Below are positions 25,858 through 36,411 of a DNA stretch of 60,860 nt, piece by piece. Origin of the DNA: Candidatus Saccharimonadales bacterium. GTDB taxonomy: Bacteria; Patescibacteriota; Saccharimonadia; Saccharimonadales; 2-12-FULL-41-12. How positions within the stretch are numbered: position 1 is the stretch's first letter; every line of letters starts with the position of its first letter. The DNA lies in NCBI GenBank assembly GCA_041600715.1, contig JBFIJM010000004.1:1-60860 (forward strand), given 5' to 3'. The position numbers and the translations under genes are program-made. The notes below the pieces were generated by a model. That model was not told the origin of the DNA and made no database searches. It was given only the letters and a program-made list of their open reading frames with translations.

Positions 25858-28122
25858 TTATAATTTTTCCTTCTTTAAGATCCACTCAGTTAGTTGGGGT
25901 ATTAATGGATTGTCGCTTTCAATAGGCATGTAACCTTTTACTTGATCATCGTATTCATAAATGGATATTTTACGGGACCCCTTCTCTTCAATAGCATAGT
26001 AGTATTTTTTCCCCAACTCATTGATAATAATTTCCTTTACTTTCACTTGCTCCTTCTCAAATTCTTGACATGGGTCGTCAAGAATTACATCCTTTGATAA
26101 GATAGGGTAGTATAATTTTTTGTTTGTTGGCGCACATATTTTGCATCGAATTTGAGAGCGAATTTTCTTGGTGAATTTTTTTTCATGCACACTACAATCG
26201 ATCGATGCCTCAGCTAAGGCGGTCATGAAAGACCCAATCAACACTCCACCCTTCATGGCACGAACATATAATTCAATATCTGTCGTCATCTCTTTTTTGT
26301 CTTTTTCTTCGACCGTCGTTGGGTAGTCTGATAAATAAGTGTATGATTGAATTGTTCTATCTTTTTTAGGTAGATCTTCGTGACTTTTATATCTGGCACC
26401 TCGGGCATCGATCTGATCATGAATCATTTTATTCCACGGGCCTTCTAGTTTATGATTATGTCTGCTATTTTTGAGCTCTATACCTTGCGATCCGGCCTTA
26501 CTAAGTAGCACGAGGGATATGATGTCGCCATTTATATTATCTTTGCTTCCGTAGACATCTTGTATCTGAGTTCTTTCTTCGTATGAGACTTCTCCAGATA
26601 TAACCGCATACTTACGTTTAGCTTTGGTTTTAGGTGTTGCCTTTAACTTACTACCTCCTTCGATGTCGTCTGCGAAATCAAGTAATTCGCTATAATCACC
26701 TACGACATCGGAAGGGTCCTCAATGGCACCGCCTTTGCTTTTGCTTTTGCTTTTGCTTTTGCTTTTGCTTTTGCTTTTACCCTTTACCCCGAAAACATAA
26801 TCTATACTACTCTTAGTGTCTTCAACACTTGTTGGTTGCCATCGCTCCCATCCATTAGCTTCAAGCATCATAGAGAAAATACCTAATCCTTCCGCGTATA
26901 CAAATTCAGAAGACACATAACCAGGGAGTCCTTTATATTTTTCTATATTTTCCAGGACTTTTTTAAACTTCGGGCTATATTTAGATAAATTCTCACCCTG
27001 AAGATCAGTAGGCGTAATTTTATCAAGTTCCTTTGAACGCATTTTCTTCCCTATTCGTGGTCCACGCGCTTTCTCGGGAATAAAGAAATTGCTTATTTGT
27101 CTGGACTTAATCCGATAACTAGAATGCGATATGCCCTTTGATGAAAATCTAGTAGCTTGCCCAGCAAAAGCTGGGATTTCTTTTTGTTCAGCATCTCTAG
27201 CTTCTGAATACGCGATGTATTGTGGTATACTCATGGGAATCTTGACAACAATATCAGGCGGAGTGCTTGGGAAGAACTCCGAAGCTTCATCGAAATACAA
27301 AGACCCATAATAACTGTACAATCCTAATATACGATTCTGAAAGCGGCTTTTGTTTTTTATACTACCCGTTGTGTAGTCAATAAAATAGTTGTCAAAGTCT
27401 TCTTTTAATTCAGGAAATAAAGTGATAGTTTGCCCCTGAGATACTTGAATAGGACCTCGTAACATATTAAAACAAGGGACAAGTTCGAACGGTGAATTAA
27501 CCATAGGCGTTCCGGTCAAAAAGATTAATTTGATGTTTTTTGCATTCATAATCTTATCATACAAATTGATAGCGTTCATCGAGCCATTTGTGATAGCGTT
27601 GAAAAAATTATGTGCCTCATCGATGATTAACACTACCCCTTCAAGAAAATCTTGGTCGGTTAATTCGTCTAGGTCTTTTAGTTGTTTCTCGAAAGAGATT
27701 TCTTCCTTAGATTTTTTTATCTTACTCATTTGACTATACATATTCGAAGCGTTAAGGCTAATAAATTTATAATTACTATCAATATGTGCATTAACATCAA
27801 TGCTGGACATATCTGGATTTTTGTTCAACAGTCGCTTTCTAATATTATCCTTCATGTTGTCAACTAACCCCTTCGCCAATAGTACGACAATCTGACGGGT
27901 ATTATCTTGCTCCTTATAAAAATTAGCCAGCTCATCTGCCGTCATAGATTTACCATAACCCATACTATATGCACAAAGAATACCCCTAGACATGGGATTA
28001 TTGATGATAAATTCTCTGGTGATGAACTGATGATACTGTAAAAATTCTCCTTTACCATATTTTAAGCTTAGTAAATAGTTTTTATTAAGGATTGAGAAAT
28101 TTGTGTTATCGAATTTCTCCAT
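25858..28122 (-). CDS. D6/D11-like SNF2-type SF2 helicase (VETF small-subunit-like)
   Basis: Motif I SMGYGKSMTA, motif II LIIDEAHNF, motif III FLTGTPMVNSPFEL, motif V SKAGSQGIELKN, motif VI QIDARGARYKSH. The (KS)7 repeat is encoded at 26734..26775, between the two RecA-like lobes. Confidence 0.8.
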   Translation of the reverse strand: MEKFDNTNFSILNKNYLLSLKYGKGEFLQYHQFITREFIINNPMSRGILCAYSMGYGKSMTADELANFYKEQDNTRQIVVLLAKGLVDNMKDNIRKRLLNKNPDMSSIDVNAHIDSNYKFISLNASNMYSQMSKIKKSKEEISFEKQLKDLDELTDQDFLEGVVLIIDEAHNFFNAITNGSMNAINLYDKIMNAKNIKLIFLTGTPMVNSPFELVPCFNMLRGPIQVSQGQTITLFPELKEDFDNYFIDYTTGSIKNKSRFQNRILGLYSYYGSLYFDEASEFFPSTPPDIVVKIPMSIPQYIAYSEARDAEQKEIPAFAGQATRFSSKGISHSSYRIKSRQISNFFIPEKARGPRIGKKMRSKELDKITPTDLQGENLSKYSPKFKKVLENIEKYKGLPGYVSSEFVYAEGLGIFSMMLEANGWERWQPTSVEDTKSSIDYVFGVKGKSKSKSKSKSKSKSKGGAIEDPSDVVGDYSELLDFADDIEGGSKLKATPKTKAKRKYAVISGEVSYEERTQIQDVYGSKDNINGDIISLVLLSKAGSQGIELKNSRHNHKLEGPWNKMIHDQIDARGARYKSHEDLPKKDRTIQSYTYLSDYPTTVEEKDKKEMTTDIELYVRAMKGGVLIGSFMTALAEASIDCSVHEKKFTKKIRSQIRCKICAPTNKKLYYPILSKDVILDDPCQEFEKEQVKVKEIIINELGKKYYYAIEEKGSRKISIYEYDDQVKGYMPIESDNPLIPQLTEWILKKEKL

Positions 28123-28136
28123 GGTCTATATTAATC

Positions 28137-28145
28137 AAAAAAAAA
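28137..28145 (-). terminator. Minus-strand T9 run downstream of the stop of 28163..28669
   Basis: A9 on the plus strand, 18 nt beyond the minus-strand stop. Confidence 0.4.
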
Positions 28146-28162
28146 CAACATCCTCTCGGTAA

Positions 28163-28669
28163 TCAACTTTCGGTAAGCAACTTAGACAAATGATTAATGT
28201 TCAACTTGACAATCTTTTTTTCTGCAATGGCTAACAAAATTTCATTTTCTTTTTCGGTAATCTTGCAATTCAGATGAGACATTTTATTTTCAAGCTCGTC
28301 AATAGCCGACATCAAATAATTTTGATCAACCCCCCCGGCTCCAGATACTTCAATGGTAGTAGTCAATTTTGGTTGATCCACCTGGAAGTCTTGTATGTCA
28401 ATAGTCCTTTCAAGGGGAAGAATATTTTTTACCCAGATACCTTCAAGATTAACAACGTATCCAGGTGGTGGTTTGGTTGGTGTACCTGAACTTTGAGTAA
28501 ATAGTCGGCGCGCACTAGATGGGTGAGTTCTAGATCGACGTATGCTGGATCGGGAGGATTGGGAGAGGCGATCATATGGCATTGGTCGGGTCATTCGGAT
28601 TTTGTCAGCCTTATGCCGTGCCCTTTCTTCATATGGACATGGTGGTGATCGAATCTGCGTAGCACTCAT
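28163..28669 (-). CDS. Hypothetical protein
   Basis: 168-aa ORF with an ATG start and a minus-strand T9 downstream (28137..28145). Confidence 0.55.
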   Translation of the reverse strand: MSATQIRSPPCPYEERARHKADKIRMTRPMPYDRLSQSSRSSIRRSRTHPSSARRLFTQSSGTPTKPPPGYVVNLEGIWVKNILPLERTIDIQDFQVDQPKLTTTIEVSGAGGVDQNYLMSAIDELENKMSHLNCKITEKENEILLAIAEKKIVKLNINHLSKLLTES

Positions 28670-28684
28670 GATACTTATATCCTC

Positions 28685-29032
28685 ATGTTTTATTCAATTT
28701 TTTTAAGTTTCACATATGTTATTCAAGAAGCGTTATGTCTGTTAAAAAACAAGAAGCGATTGATATTCACTGCAAAAATTGAACTACTTATCTTAATATT
28801 TAGCTTAATATTTAGCTTGATAATAATGCTCTATCCAATAAGTTTCATTGTGGGTTTATTATTAGGTGTATATATGACATCTGAGTTATACCGGAGAGAA
28901 GAAAGGATTCGAAGCACTGCCATTCTTAAAGAAGTCAAAAAAATAAGAGCATGTATTGACGAGGAAACCAATGAGTCTCGGTACGACTACTATCCGACTA
29001 CCGTTGGCCGTGCCCGTAGTAAAACGAGTTGA
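28685..29032 (+). CDS. Small multi-TM membrane protein
   Basis: 115-aa ORF with several hydrophobic segments and an internal duplication LIFSLIFSLI. Confidence 0.5.
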   Translation: MFYSIFLSFTYVIQEALCLLKNKKRLIFTAKIELLILIFSLIFSLIIMLYPISFIVGLLLGVYMTSELYRREERIRSTAILKEVKKIRACIDEETNESRYDYYPTTVGRARSKTS

Positions 29033-29110
29033 TTACTCCTCCCTCCCCCAACAGTGACAACGGCCGCCAACGAACTGGACAACTGAACGTGCAATCTAAC
29101 GTTGGGCTAA

Positions 29111-32100
29111 TTAAGGTTGATATTCATAACTAAAATAAAACCATTTAATCTTTGTTTTTTTGATTCGTTCTTTAAGCTCATTATAAATAAGCTTAGTTCT
29201 TATTCTATCACAGAGAGATTCCACATTGATCTTATCCTTAGGTGTAATACCGAGTTTATTCGCTATTTCCTTAAGAAAAGTTTTGCTCTTTGAATGAGCA
29301 CATACACTACCCTTCTCCATTTTACGAACGTCTTTAAATTTTTTGGCCTTATGCGCCGGGGGGCGAATTTTAAATCGGATATGTACCCCAGTTTCAGTCT
29401 TTTCATCATACCCAATAATAAGGTCATTCTCTTTATAATGCTCGCTTGGCTTAATATATTCCGGTAAGTCATACCAACCACCTTCTTTCTCAGGGTGATA
29501 GAATCTGGGGATCTTCCTGAAAAAATGGCCAACGGGTAACAAATCGGCCGAAACTTTTTGAGGCTTCTTCGACTTTTTAAACTTACCACTAAATAATGCC
29601 AATGATAGCTCAAGATTATTTTTAAAGTGGGCTTTTGCCTCAGATGGTGCCCAATTGAGTAAAGTAGTATTGATGGACGATTTCAACAGGTTGATAACGC
29701 CCGATGTCGACAATTTAGCCTCACCACTTGTCTCTTTTTTAAAGTCAACAAGCATATCAGACTTGTCTAAGATGCTGATGTTGATCGGAGTGACATATTT
29801 TTCATATGACTTTGCCACCATTTCCTTTGATGTATGTGCCCAAATAATCAGGCTTCTTAAATTATAATAGTACAACATTTTGAAGTAAAACTCATGATAC
29901 TGAGATTTTTTTGATCCGACCTCTGTCCAAATAGAGAACACATACTCAATACATTCTTCAAGAAATTGCACATGAAAGTCCGTCCCAAAATCGCAAACAG
30001 CATCTTCCAGATTTTCGATGGAGATATTCGCCCATTTATCATGGAACCTATGTTTCTTCTCAGTATAATCAAATAGTCCTGCTGACCCCTCTAGAAAACC
30101 TCGAATATTGATACTTTGATCGGCTCCAATAAGATCATGGTTGAGATATCCTTCCATATCGATGATGGGTTCTTTTGTTGAAGGGTCAACCTTAAATAAA
30201 ATATAGTAATTGTCTACTTGACAAATGATATAATATTCCCCCATAAAAATCAACTTATCTTCAGGATCGAACAATGATCGAACTGTACTTTGCTCTCGAA
30301 AAATCAAAGGTTCAATAGAATCGGATGATTTTACATAAGTAAGTTTATGAAGCGCAATTATAAAAGAACATTCATCAAAGATACTAGACTTAAATTCTAC
30401 ATCAAATGGTGGCGATCGCACAGCCTCCCATAATTTATCGCGAGTCCATACTGGACTAACTTGAATAAACAATCTTTTTATAATATACACGATGTAATTC
30501 ACCTCTTTCTCGGCAAAATAAACATTAAATGTCGACATTTGTAGCTTGTCTAAATTAATGTCAGCAGGTGTGTATTCTGGTTTAAAAGGTAATATGTCGA
30601 ATGTTCGGAGAGGGTCAGAAGGTCCCTTGGACTTGCTCGACCCCTTGGACTTGCTAAGCACGTCTTCTCTATTAATTAACTCGTAATTAATGGCACTATC
30701 ATAAGCAACCTCGTGAAATACTTTCTCAATTTGCTGGATTATTTTGTAGTCATCCATTTTTAACATATATTTCTCCTCCTCATAGCTTAATTTTTTATTA
30801 GGCAAACAAGTTGTATAGATGCGATATTCGATATGTCGCATGCTGGGAGGAAGATTTCTATGTGACCCATTACGGTTACCTCTACCAAAAACTTGCTTTA
30901 AACTTGATATATTATCGGGTCTACCGATAATCCATTCTTGTGTTACATCAAATAAGTTGTATGCTTCTTTGATGATTTTGGCACCTACTAAAATCATTAC
31001 TTCTGCTCCACGTGAATTGCTTGGTCGATTATATTTTTCTAAGCTACGTAATAAGCTCGTACGATCAATGTCTGAATGTATAATTGCATATCTTACTGGT
31101 GTAAATTCGTGCTCTTTATTAGCATCAATAATATTACCGGTCTTATCGGGTTTACCACCCCTTGACACTCTCTTGAGAAGAGCTTTTGTTAAATCCTTCT
31201 CAGATTCGTTCTGTGCTATTTCAATATCAGTATAGTAGATGTACTTTCCATAACTGATAGGTTTAAATTTTATCTTTTCAAGAGCATTGTGCAAATCTAT
31301 ACTTTCCGGTAAAGTCTCTATTACGATTGGTTTACCAGAGACATTATGTGCTGAATCAGCTAATCGCTTTCCCATGTCTAGTTTATTATGCTTTCGTACT
31401 AGGTCGAATATTTTTCCAACTGGCATTGCATCAATATTAATATCGCCGACATGTATATGTACTGCATCCGGGTCGATTTGAAACTCGCAAATGAGTACCC
31501 CATCAACGTCACTAATAATTTTAACAGCGTGCGTTGTCTCGACGTATCTTATTCCTTCTTTACCTTTAATTAATTGTTTGCCTCTTGCCCCACCATCTTT
31601 ACTAGTATGAGCATCGCGTGGTTTTCCGCAAATACACAATGTACTCGATGAACTGCCGCCGAATTCACCAATAACTCCGTTCTTTAGCAAAACTTGCTCC
31701 ATGAACAAAACGCCAGACATCTGTACTACTGGGTGAAATATCAAAAACTTACCTGTTTTATCCTTTATACATTTAAGTAAATCGCTCATAATCGTGTGAT
31801 ATTTGGACGAAATATCGTAGAGATTTTCTAATTTAAGTGCGTCCCCAACTATTCTACCATTAATAAAATCCAGACCCTTCTCTCTTTTCCACTTGGGGTT
31901 GGCGCTAGTTAACATCTTTTTTATTGTTTGTGTTTGATATAATCTATCGTCTTGATTTTTAGGATTGGGACCGGTTTTCGACTCTGGGTTAGGCAAGGCG
32001 AAATCAACCAAATATTGGCCATCGGGGGGCAACGTTCCAGTATAGACTTTTTTATAAGTAGCATAATGCCCCGGAGACATTGGACATCTAATAAATTTTA

Positions 32101-33139
32101 AATAATCAATATTGGGGATAGTTTCCCCAACTAAGCTTCGACTGGGGAAATACTTAGGGTTGTCGTCGCGTAAAAAACTAATCCTCCCCCGACATAGATC
32201 CTTAATTTTTTCAAGCGCGCCGGGCTTAAGTTTTCTGTCTAAGAACAAATTACTCTTTATAAGTTTTTTGCCAGTCAGAATACTTAACAGGTCAATGATC
32301 TCTTCAGGGTTATTGTTTAATGGAGTGGCGCTCATTAAAGCAGCGTTAACGCTAGGGATGTTATCTAAGATATACTGCAGGGCAGTGCCCCAGTTATTTT
32401 TCTCAGCACTATTATAGACGTTATGTATCTCATCACATATTACTGTGGAGTTCTTAAACAAATTCAGGAATTCATGGTTAATAGTTATTTCTCCGGTCTT
32501 TATCTTTTCCTCTATCTCATTTTTGCTAAGAGCATATAATTTAATACTGATGCTTGTTATGAATAGTTTATTTACTAATGCCTTGTATCCGATGAATTTA
32601 AAGAATCCATTTCCTTTTCGGTTGCTAAATCGTTTTTTGATTTTTATAGATAGCTCCCTAAGTTTATCTTTTTCATGTGTCATACCTGAAGATATTAATT
32701 TCTTAAGTTTGTCGATTTCACCCATTTCTTGATCGGTGATGAAGCCTAATTCGGGAAATTGCAGGAGCTGATTTTTAAAGGTATGCTCCGAGAAGCCAAG
32801 AATAAATACCGACCCAGGATCTGACACCCCGGCTAACTCTCGTCGGCGCATATATGGTATAAACTCAAGGGCAATTGCCGTAGCACCCAATGTTTTGCCA
32901 ACACCTGTTGACCATTTAACAAGTATCCTATTGATGTTTGTGTTCGGATTTACGAAGGCTCCCAGCGCTAACTGACTTGACCGAAACCTTAAGAATCTCG
33001 CCCCACTAATAAAACCTTTGATATTATACCAGTCTTCCCGAGCAGGTATTTTTGCAACACTCTTCATAAACATTACAAACTCTTTGCGGGAATTTACATC
33101 CCCAAGGATATTTTTATCCTCAATCTGTGGGTATGCCAT
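29111..33139 (-). CDS. Large D6/D11-like SF2 helicase
   Basis: Motif I WSTGVGKTLGA, motif II VICDEIHNVY, motif III LMSATPLNNNPEEI, motif VI QVFGRGNRNGSH. There is an insertion of about 190 aa between the lobes and a long C-terminal extension (1342 aa in total). Confidence 0.8.
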   Translation of the reverse strand: MAYPQIEDKNILGDVNSRKEFVMFMKSVAKIPAREDWYNIKGFISGARFLRFRSSQLALGAFVNPNTNINRILVKWSTGVGKTLGATAIALEFIPYMRRRELAGVSDPGSVFILGFSEHTFKNQLLQFPELGFITDQEMGEIDKLKKLISSGMTHEKDKLRELSIKIKKRFSNRKGNGFFKFIGYKALVNKLFITSISIKLYALSKNEIEEKIKTGEITINHEFLNLFKNSTVICDEIHNVYNSAEKNNWGTALQYILDNIPSVNAALMSATPLNNNPEEIIDLLSILTGKKLIKSNLFLDRKLKPGALEKIKDLCRGRISFLRDDNPKYFPSRSLVGETIPNIDYLKFIRCPMSPGHYATYKKVYTGTLPPDGQYLVDFALPNPESKTGPNPKNQDDRLYQTQTIKKMLTSANPKWKREKGLDFINGRIVGDALKLENLYDISSKYHTIMSDLLKCIKDKTGKFLIFHPVVQMSGVLFMEQVLLKNGVIGEFGGSSSSTLCICGKPRDAHTSKDGGARGKQLIKGKEGIRYVETTHAVKIISDVDGVLICEFQIDPDAVHIHVGDINIDAMPVGKIFDLVRKHNKLDMGKRLADSAHNVSGKPIVIETLPESIDLHNALEKIKFKPISYGKYIYYTDIEIAQNESEKDLTKALLKRVSRGGKPDKTGNIIDANKEHEFTPVRYAIIHSDIDRTSLLRSLEKYNRPSNSRGAEVMILVGAKIIKEAYNLFDVTQEWIIGRPDNISSLKQVFGRGNRNGSHRNLPPSMRHIEYRIYTTCLPNKKLSYEEEKYMLKMDDYKIIQQIEKVFHEVAYDSAINYELINREDVLSKSKGSSKSKGPSDPLRTFDILPFKPEYTPADINLDKLQMSTFNVYFAEKEVNYIVYIIKRLFIQVSPVWTRDKLWEAVRSPPFDVEFKSSIFDECSFIIALHKLTYVKSSDSIEPLIFREQSTVRSLFDPEDKLIFMGEYYIICQVDNYYILFKVDPSTKEPIIDMEGYLNHDLIGADQSINIRGFLEGSAGLFDYTEKKHRFHDKWANISIENLEDAVCDFGTDFHVQFLEECIEYVFSIWTEVGSKKSQYHEFYFKMLYYYNLRSLIIWAHTSKEMVAKSYEKYVTPINISILDKSDMLVDFKKETSGEAKLSTSGVINLLKSSINTTLLNWAPSEAKAHFKNNLELSLALFSGKFKKSKKPQKVSADLLPVGHFFRKIPRFYHPEKEGGWYDLPEYIKPSEHYKENDLIIGYDEKTETGVHIRFKIRPPAHKAKKFKDVRKMEKGSVCAHSKSKTFLKEIANKLGITPKDKINVESLCDRIRTKLIYNELKERIKKTKIKWFYFSYEYQP

Positions 33140-33150
33140 CTTATATATGT

Positions 33151-33158
33151 AAAAAAAA
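33151..33158 (-). terminator. Minus-strand T8 run downstream of the stop of 33168..33431
   Basis: A8 on the plus strand, 10 nt beyond the minus-strand stop. Confidence 0.4.
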
Positions 33159-33167
33159 GATCTAGTT

Positions 33168-33431
33168 TTAAACGCTTACTGATGGATTTAATAAAGGTCC
33201 CGACTGATCAGACTCTTGCCCACGTGGTTTGCGATCCCACCACTCGCCGCATGATTTTTGTTCAACAATTAACCACCATGCAAGATAAGTTATGACGGTA
33301 GATGCGGCTGTGCAAAATGAAACTACGGCGTCTGCAACGCAACGTGTATCATCATTTAGCTCGCACCCGGTTAATACACAAAAGGAAAATACGAGCACCG
33401 ATAAGTTTATTACAAATAGGGAATTTTTCAT
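33168..33431 (-). CDS. Small Cys-containing membrane or secreted protein
   Basis: 87-aa ORF with a signal-like N-terminus (LFVINLSVLVFSFCVLTGC). It diverges from 33440 across 8 nt (AGTATATA). Confidence 0.5.
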   Translation of the reverse strand: MKNSLFVINLSVLVFSFCVLTGCELNDDTRCVADAVVSFCTAASTVITYLAWWLIVEQKSCGEWWDRKPRGQESDQSGPLLNPSVSV

Positions 33432-33439
33432 AGTATATA

Positions 33440-34891
33440 ATGGGTATAATAATAATTCTTCTGCTACTATTGGTATCCATCATCTTCGTTGGTCGATTAT
33501 GGGATGATGGGCGAGGCGACGGGCAAAGCGACGGGCAAAGCGACAGGCAAAGCGACGGGCAAAGCGACTGGCAAAGCGACGGGCAAAGCGACGGGCAAAG
33601 CGACGGGCGAGGTGGTGTATGCAATATTGGATCGGTCGATTCTGGTTCAGGGACTCTTGTGCATGGTGTACTAAAACTTCCGCCTCTACTTAATGTGATG
33701 AAATATGAGAACGACTCAGACTTATACGGGGTCGAATATTTAACTGATAAAGACATTGCAGCTGGTGAATTCGGTGTTCGCCATTCTAGTGATGATTTTT
33801 ACAAGCTTCGAACAGAAAATGAACAGTCTACACATGGTGATACTGGCACACAAACATTTGGGCAATCTGGAGGGTCGGGAGGGTTTGAATATGAAGAATC
33901 TCCTGCAGAAAAACCTACTTCAATTACTGGAGAGGCTGCCGACGATGCTGCAGCTGCTAACTTAGGAGTCGACGATGACTCGGGTGACTCAGGGATTAAT
34001 ACAGGGTCAAACGATAACGGAGCAAATAGTGCAGTGACAACACCACCCCGTCCATATGAAAATGAATTAGCCGGATGGACATATGGGGGTGGTGGCGGAA
34101 AGCCTTATCCTGGAGGTGGAGTACCTGGTGGGCGAGCTGGTGTAGGTATACCAGAGGCAGTATTCGGAGCCATTAACCCTGATTATTTATCAAGAGCCAA
34201 GAGTCATCTTGGATGGAGACTACAAAGTCCTGGGTTATTACCTGCTGACATACTAAATAGAGAGCGCAAATATATGGGGATTCCGCATAATGGGCAATCA
34301 AGTCGATACGGTGGGCCGCTAGGGGCGTCGGCATACGGTGGTATCGTAAGCCCATCGGCATACGGTGGTATCGTAAGCCCATCGGCATATGACGATCCTT
34401 ATGCACTACGATCAGGCCCAAGAGAACCTAGAGTTTTAAAATTATACAGGGCCAAAAAATTCGTCGGTAAGTTTAAAGATATGGAGAGGGGCAAAAAATA
34501 TTTGATCATGCGTCAACTACCGGGTAAACTTAAGTATGAATATAATTATTTGTCAATGATCGCACGAGGTCATGAATATGATATGATCTTTTTCAAGGTC
34601 ACTAAGAATTACGAAAACGATCCTGAACCGAAGACAGAATTTTTCTTCAAATCACCCTCTGACATAAACAATATGCATGAATACTTATTTCGCGAGAGAA
34701 TATTGAAGCAGACAAGTACAAGTTTTCATAAATTTATCGAGATTGGCGTGTTCTGGTTGGAAAGGGAAGAATATATGCAGTTTAAAAAACGTGTGGGTAA
34801 ATCGGTTGATAGAGACCTTGAGAGTTGTATTATAAGAAATAAAACACTAGGACATAGCCATGAAGAAAGTGTTGACATATGTACTCGATAA
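33440..34891 (+). CDS. Hypothetical membrane-anchored protein with (GQSD)n repeat
   Basis: 483-aa ORF with an N-terminal TM segment. A 12-bp repeat x8 lies at 33516..33611 and a 30-bp repeat (SAYGGIVSP) at about 34326..34392. Confidence 0.65.
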   Translation: MGIIIILLLLLVSIIFVGRLWDDGRGDGQSDGQSDRQSDGQSDWQSDGQSDGQSDGRGGVCNIGSVDSGSGTLVHGVLKLPPLLNVMKYENDSDLYGVEYLTDKDIAAGEFGVRHSSDDFYKLRTENEQSTHGDTGTQTFGQSGGSGGFEYEESPAEKPTSITGEAADDAAAANLGVDDDSGDSGINTGSNDNGANSAVTTPPRPYENELAGWTYGGGGGKPYPGGGVPGGRAGVGIPEAVFGAINPDYLSRAKSHLGWRLQSPGLLPADILNRERKYMGIPHNGQSSRYGGPLGASAYGGIVSPSAYGGIVSPSAYDDPYALRSGPREPRVLKLYRAKKFVGKFKDMERGKKYLIMRQLPGKLKYEYNYLSMIARGHEYDMIFFKVTKNYENDPEPKTEFFFKSPSDINNMHEYLFRERILKQTSTSFHKFIEIGVFWLEREEYMQFKKRVGKSVDRDLESCIIRNKTLGHSHEESVDICTR

Positions 34892-35074
34892 TATAATTCT
34901 CATATTCTCAGTTCTTTATGTTTATCGTATCCGACTCAGTATATAGATTATATAACGAAAACATGTACTCGAACATTTAATTTTACATCACCGACTGAAG
35001 CGACTAGTTAATGTATCTTTTGTTAAATAATTATTTTCTTTTAAATTTCATCCTCTAATATACATCTACTAAAA

Positions 35075-35308
35075 ATGTCTGGTAAAATTTCTGATTTGTC
35101 CATGAGCGAGCTTGGTCATTATGTTGGCGTGTCGCTTCTTGTCGTCGGCACACTTATCCTTGTATACATGATTAGTTATACTTTTGAATTGTATCCATCT
35201 GAGCCCATGAGCGAAGGGGTTTTATGGTTGGTTGGTGCACTTACATATGGAGTCGGTGTTTACTGTTATAGGAATTACGACAGTCCCCCTGCGGGTATTG
35301 GATTCTAA
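35075..35308 (+). CDS. Small two-TM membrane protein
   Basis: 77-aa ORF with two hydrophobic segments. Confidence 0.5.
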   Translation: MSGKISDLSMSELGHYVGVSLLVVGTLILVYMISYTFELYPSEPMSEGVLWLVGALTYGVGVYCYRNYDSPPAGIGF

Positions 35309-35326
35309 GTAAAAAAATAAACACTA

Positions 35327-36373
35327 TTACACGTAGTCCTTTAAGCATACTTTAGCAAGAGCAATTGCGGATATCATGTTGGTTGTCGCGCTGATAAATC
35401 TATTTTTATGAATGAAAATGATGTCTTTTTTTGCCACTCCGCGCTTCATAAGAGTTTCTTTATCATGAATAAGTCTACGAGGGGTAAATGACCGATCATT
35501 GACTGTGCCGATTCTCCATTCCTCTTTATATGGATATATACAAAACCAAACTAGTGGAGACTTATTGGTTTTTTTTTCGTACTCTCCAAGAACTCGTCGC
35601 CAATTTCGATAGTTCTGTCGGCAAAATACAATATGACCAGATGGATGAGTTTCAAATCTTTTATCAAGATCTTCAATTATTTGTATTTTTTCTGTATTGT
35701 ACCCTACAGTATCGATCCAACATTTACGAATTTTTAATATAAGTATGTTAAGAGATAAAATCATTGCTTCCTTAAATAAATGTGATTGTTTGCTGTCATC
35801 GGATGTATTCACATAGTTCATCCCACCGATAAGCGATGTTAAATTGTTTGTTATTGGGTATTCAGGTGTGGTCGATAGATCAGTCGCAGCCCATTGTCGG
35901 ACACCATTATCTATAGCGTCAATCTCTCTAAAGAATTCTTTGTATACTTGCCAATAAATTTGTTGTGTCAACGCGGAAATGGTTTTTTTATCAACCCCTC
36001 CAAGCAGACCTTCTTCTTTAAGCACGATCAGAAGAAGCTTCTTGCCATAATATTTATATACCATCCCAGCTGATGACATCGGTATTTTACTCCAATTATT
36101 AGTATAATCGTGAGTAAATGTCAAATCGCAATCGTCTTGATGGTGGTCAAATCGACCAGCATCAGCATCATATATGCCGCCGACATCAACTACAATATGT
36201 GAACTATTAATAATTGATTGATTTCGTGTCCTTGTAATAATATTATTAGGGTGTATTTTTCCTATAATCGCGCAAGCAACAATCTCATCTGCGTGAAATT
36301 TACCATCATGCGTAGCGATTTGTATCGATGTGGATTTGATCTTGGGCATCGATGTGGACTTGATCTTGGGCAT
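35327..36373 (-). CDS. MYG1 / UPF0160-family metal-dependent hydrolase (DHH-like exonuclease family)
   Basis: IATHDGKFHADEIVACAII followed by VVDVGGIYDADAGRFDHHQ matches the MYG1 signature (THxGxFHADE...DVGG.YD....RFDHHQ). The start region is a 24-bp tandem repeat that gives two in-frame ATGs (36373 and 36349). Confidence 0.8.
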   Translation of the reverse strand: MPKIKSTSMPKIKSTSIQIATHDGKFHADEIVACAIIGKIHPNNIITRTRNQSIINSSHIVVDVGGIYDADAGRFDHHQDDCDLTFTHDYTNNWSKIPMSSAGMVYKYYGKKLLLIVLKEEGLLGGVDKKTISALTQQIYWQVYKEFFREIDAIDNGVRQWAATDLSTTPEYPITNNLTSLIGGMNYVNTSDDSKQSHLFKEAMILSLNILILKIRKCWIDTVGYNTEKIQIIEDLDKRFETHPSGHIVFCRQNYRNWRRVLGEYEKKTNKSPLVWFCIYPYKEEWRIGTVNDRSFTPRRLIHDKETLMKRGVAKKDIIFIHKNRFISATTNMISAIALAKVCLKDYV

Positions 36374-36411
36374 CGATGTGGATTTATGTTATAAAAAAAT
36401 CAAATTCAATT

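Noticed and set aside
29067-29105. Possible hairpin (CCAACG ... CGTTGG) in the GC-richer spacer between convergent genes 28685..29032 and 29111..33139
   Set aside because: The stem is only 6 bp with a ~27-nt loop, too weak to call a terminator structure by eye.
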